A stretch of DNA of 64,000 bases from Clostridia bacterium (GTDB lineage: Bacteria; Bacillota; Clostridia; Christensenellales; QALW01), in NCBI GenBank assembly GCA_017502165.1, contig JAFVVO010000025.1, positions 8,854 to 72,853 on the forward strand. The letters are read 5' to 3'. The position numbers and the translations under genes are program-made. The notes under the pieces are model-generated. The model saw only the letters and a list, made by a program, of their open reading frames with translations. It was not told the DNA's origin and did no database searches. Positions 62,711 to 64,000 of this stretch are shown piece by piece. Numbering within the stretch: the first letter of the stretch is position 1; every line of letters starts with the position of its first letter.

Positions 62711-63804
62711 GAAAAATGTCTATGCGTCAAACGCTTATGATGGTGGTAAGCATAATATTTTCTCCTACCGTCAGGCTGTTTTCTGCATTCGTTTCAGGGC
62801 GCGGCGATCAAGGGGCGTGGGTAGCGCCGATAGTTGCCGGGTGCGGAATGATTCTGTTCGTGCTTGTGCTTGACCGCTTAATTAGGGATAACAGAAATTT
62901 TTATCAGCACTTGGAATATTCCTTCGGTATTTTCGGCGCCAAGGCGCTTGCGTGGATATATATTCTGTGGGGGATATTGCTTTCCTCTGTCCAGATAAGA
63001 TATTACGCTCAGAGAGTTGCAAGCACCATTTATACCGAAATTGATATGGGCGTTTTTGTATTTATTTTCCTTGCAATATGCGTTTACGTGCTCAATAGCG
63101 GTATCGTTACCGTGGCAAGAATGAACGAGCTTTTTTTGCCCGTAATTTTAATTGTAACGGTGGCGCTTTTAGGGCTTTTAAGCGCCAAAATCGACCTGCG
63201 GGCACTGTTTCCCGTAAACAATCCCTTAAGCATTGCCCACGTGGCGCTTTTTAATTTAGCAAGCATGGGCTACGTTACCTTCACCTTGTTTTTCGTTGAC
63301 GAAATTGAGCAAAAGGAAAAATTCAAAAAATATGCGGTGTGGGGAACTATCGGCGTTTCTCTGTGCCTTGTTTGGCTGCTTTTGGCGGTAATCGGCACAA
63401 TCGGACCGACGGTTATCGAAAAGCTTCCTTATCCTTTCTTTGCGGTGGTTAAACAGATTTCAATAGGGGAGTTTTTGCAACACATCGAAGCCTTTGTAAT
63501 AACCTTGTGGATAGTTTCGGATTTCGTTATGACTTGCTTTATTTCCTCCGCAATATTAAAGCTGATGGGGCTGGTTACGAAAAAGGGAAACACAAGGGAA
63601 TTGCTGATACCGTATTTTGCCCTTTGCGCTTGCTTGGTGCCTATGATGGGCAGAACGAACTTCGAGCTTGAAACTCTTTCGGAAAAGGTGTTTATTCCAC
63701 TGAATCTTATTTTGCTCTTTGCTATGCCGATAGTGATTCTTCTTGTTGGCAGAATCAAAAACAAAATAAAAAAGCATTGCGCCGGGGAGCGCAAAATGAT
63801 ATAA
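62707..63804 (+). CDS. Spore germination protein, GerAB (APC-type permease) family
   Basis: 365 aa with about 10 TM segments and a Spore_permease pattern. Confidence 0.8.
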   Translation: MRKMSMRQTLMMVVSIIFSPTVRLFSAFVSGRGDQGAWVAPIVAGCGMILFVLVLDRLIRDNRNFYQHLEYSFGIFGAKALAWIYILWGILLSSVQIRYYAQRVASTIYTEIDMGVFVFIFLAICVYVLNSGIVTVARMNELFLPVILIVTVALLGLLSAKIDLRALFPVNNPLSIAHVALFNLASMGYVTFTLFFVDEIEQKEKFKKYAVWGTIGVSLCLVWLLLAVIGTIGPTVIEKLPYPFFAVVKQISIGEFLQHIEAFVITLWIVSDFVMTCFISSAILKLMGLVTKKGNTRELLIPYFALCACLVPMMGRTNFELETLSEKVFIPLNLILLFAMPIVILLVGRIKNKIKKHCAGERKMI

Positions 63805-63886
63805 TAAATGCAGGCGGTTTGCTGTGACTTTCTGATAATCAGGCAACCCGTCTGCATTGAATTTTACTTAATTTTGGAGTGATAAA

Positions 63887-64000
63887 ATGTTAACTATCGG
63901 CGCGCATCTTTCTTCCTCAAAGGGATATCTTGATATGGGCAAAACCGCAACGAGCATCGGGGCAAACACCTTTCAGTTTTTTACCCGCAACCCCCGTGGC
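63887..64000 (+). CDS. nfo: Deoxyribonuclease IV (endonuclease IV), N-terminal fragment running off the window
   Basis: [38 protein letters not shown] matches the Nfo N-terminus. Confidence 0.75.
   Translation, partial: MLTIGAHLSSSKGYLDMGKTATSIGANTFQFFTRNPRG

Noticed and set aside
741-63804. Genome-wide reassignment of TAA, as an explanation for the secA and prfB observations.
   Set aside because: Most well-supported genes in the window end in TAA. TGA and TAG also terminate genes at the expected positions, for example at 9862, 19795, 25876, 9288 and 27423. The standard code therefore applies.

Overview
The window looks like chromosomal DNA from a spore-forming anaerobic Firmicute, probably Clostridia. 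This is inferred from a gerA-type germination operon, a glycyl-radical enzyme, rubredoxin, Gram-positive style RBSs and the gene content. About 60 protein genes are supportable. A housekeeping block at 40-51 kb carries metK, secA, prfB, tsaD, metG and tatD. Envelope genes include PBP1A, an MGDG-synthase-type glycosyltransferase, an M23 peptidase and a SleB-like hydrolase. A glycan and glycoside utilisation stretch runs from 0.7 to 14.4 kb: GH172, GH78 rhamnosidase, a TIM-barrel isomerase, an AraC regulator and an FAD oxidoreductase. There are three tRNA genes, one cobalamin riboswitch and many intrinsic terminators. No CRISPR array, transposase, integrase or clear defence system is visible.

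The most unusual content is non-coding:
- Two roughly 160-bp and 250-bp conserved, hairpin-rich modules lie behind two different tRNA-Leu genes in inverted orientation, at 4.1-4.6 kb and 19.1-19.6 kb. Each locus carries an exact 17-18 nt copy of the 3' end of its own neighbouring tRNA.
- An ornate array of seven short hairpins separated by a 9-11 nt arm motif, present in both orientations, sits at 4605-4780.
- The heptamer CTT TAA C occurs twice. One copy is the prfB +1 frameshift site, where TGA is canonical. The other is an in-frame stop inside an otherwise intact secA.
- A tRNA-Leu has an A34 (AAG) anticodon.
- An AT-rich 2.7-kb island at 14.5-17.2 kb carries two predicted muralytic genes and a holin-like gene, flanked by imperfect direct repeats.

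All functional calls come from reading translated ORFs and motifs by eye. No database search was run.
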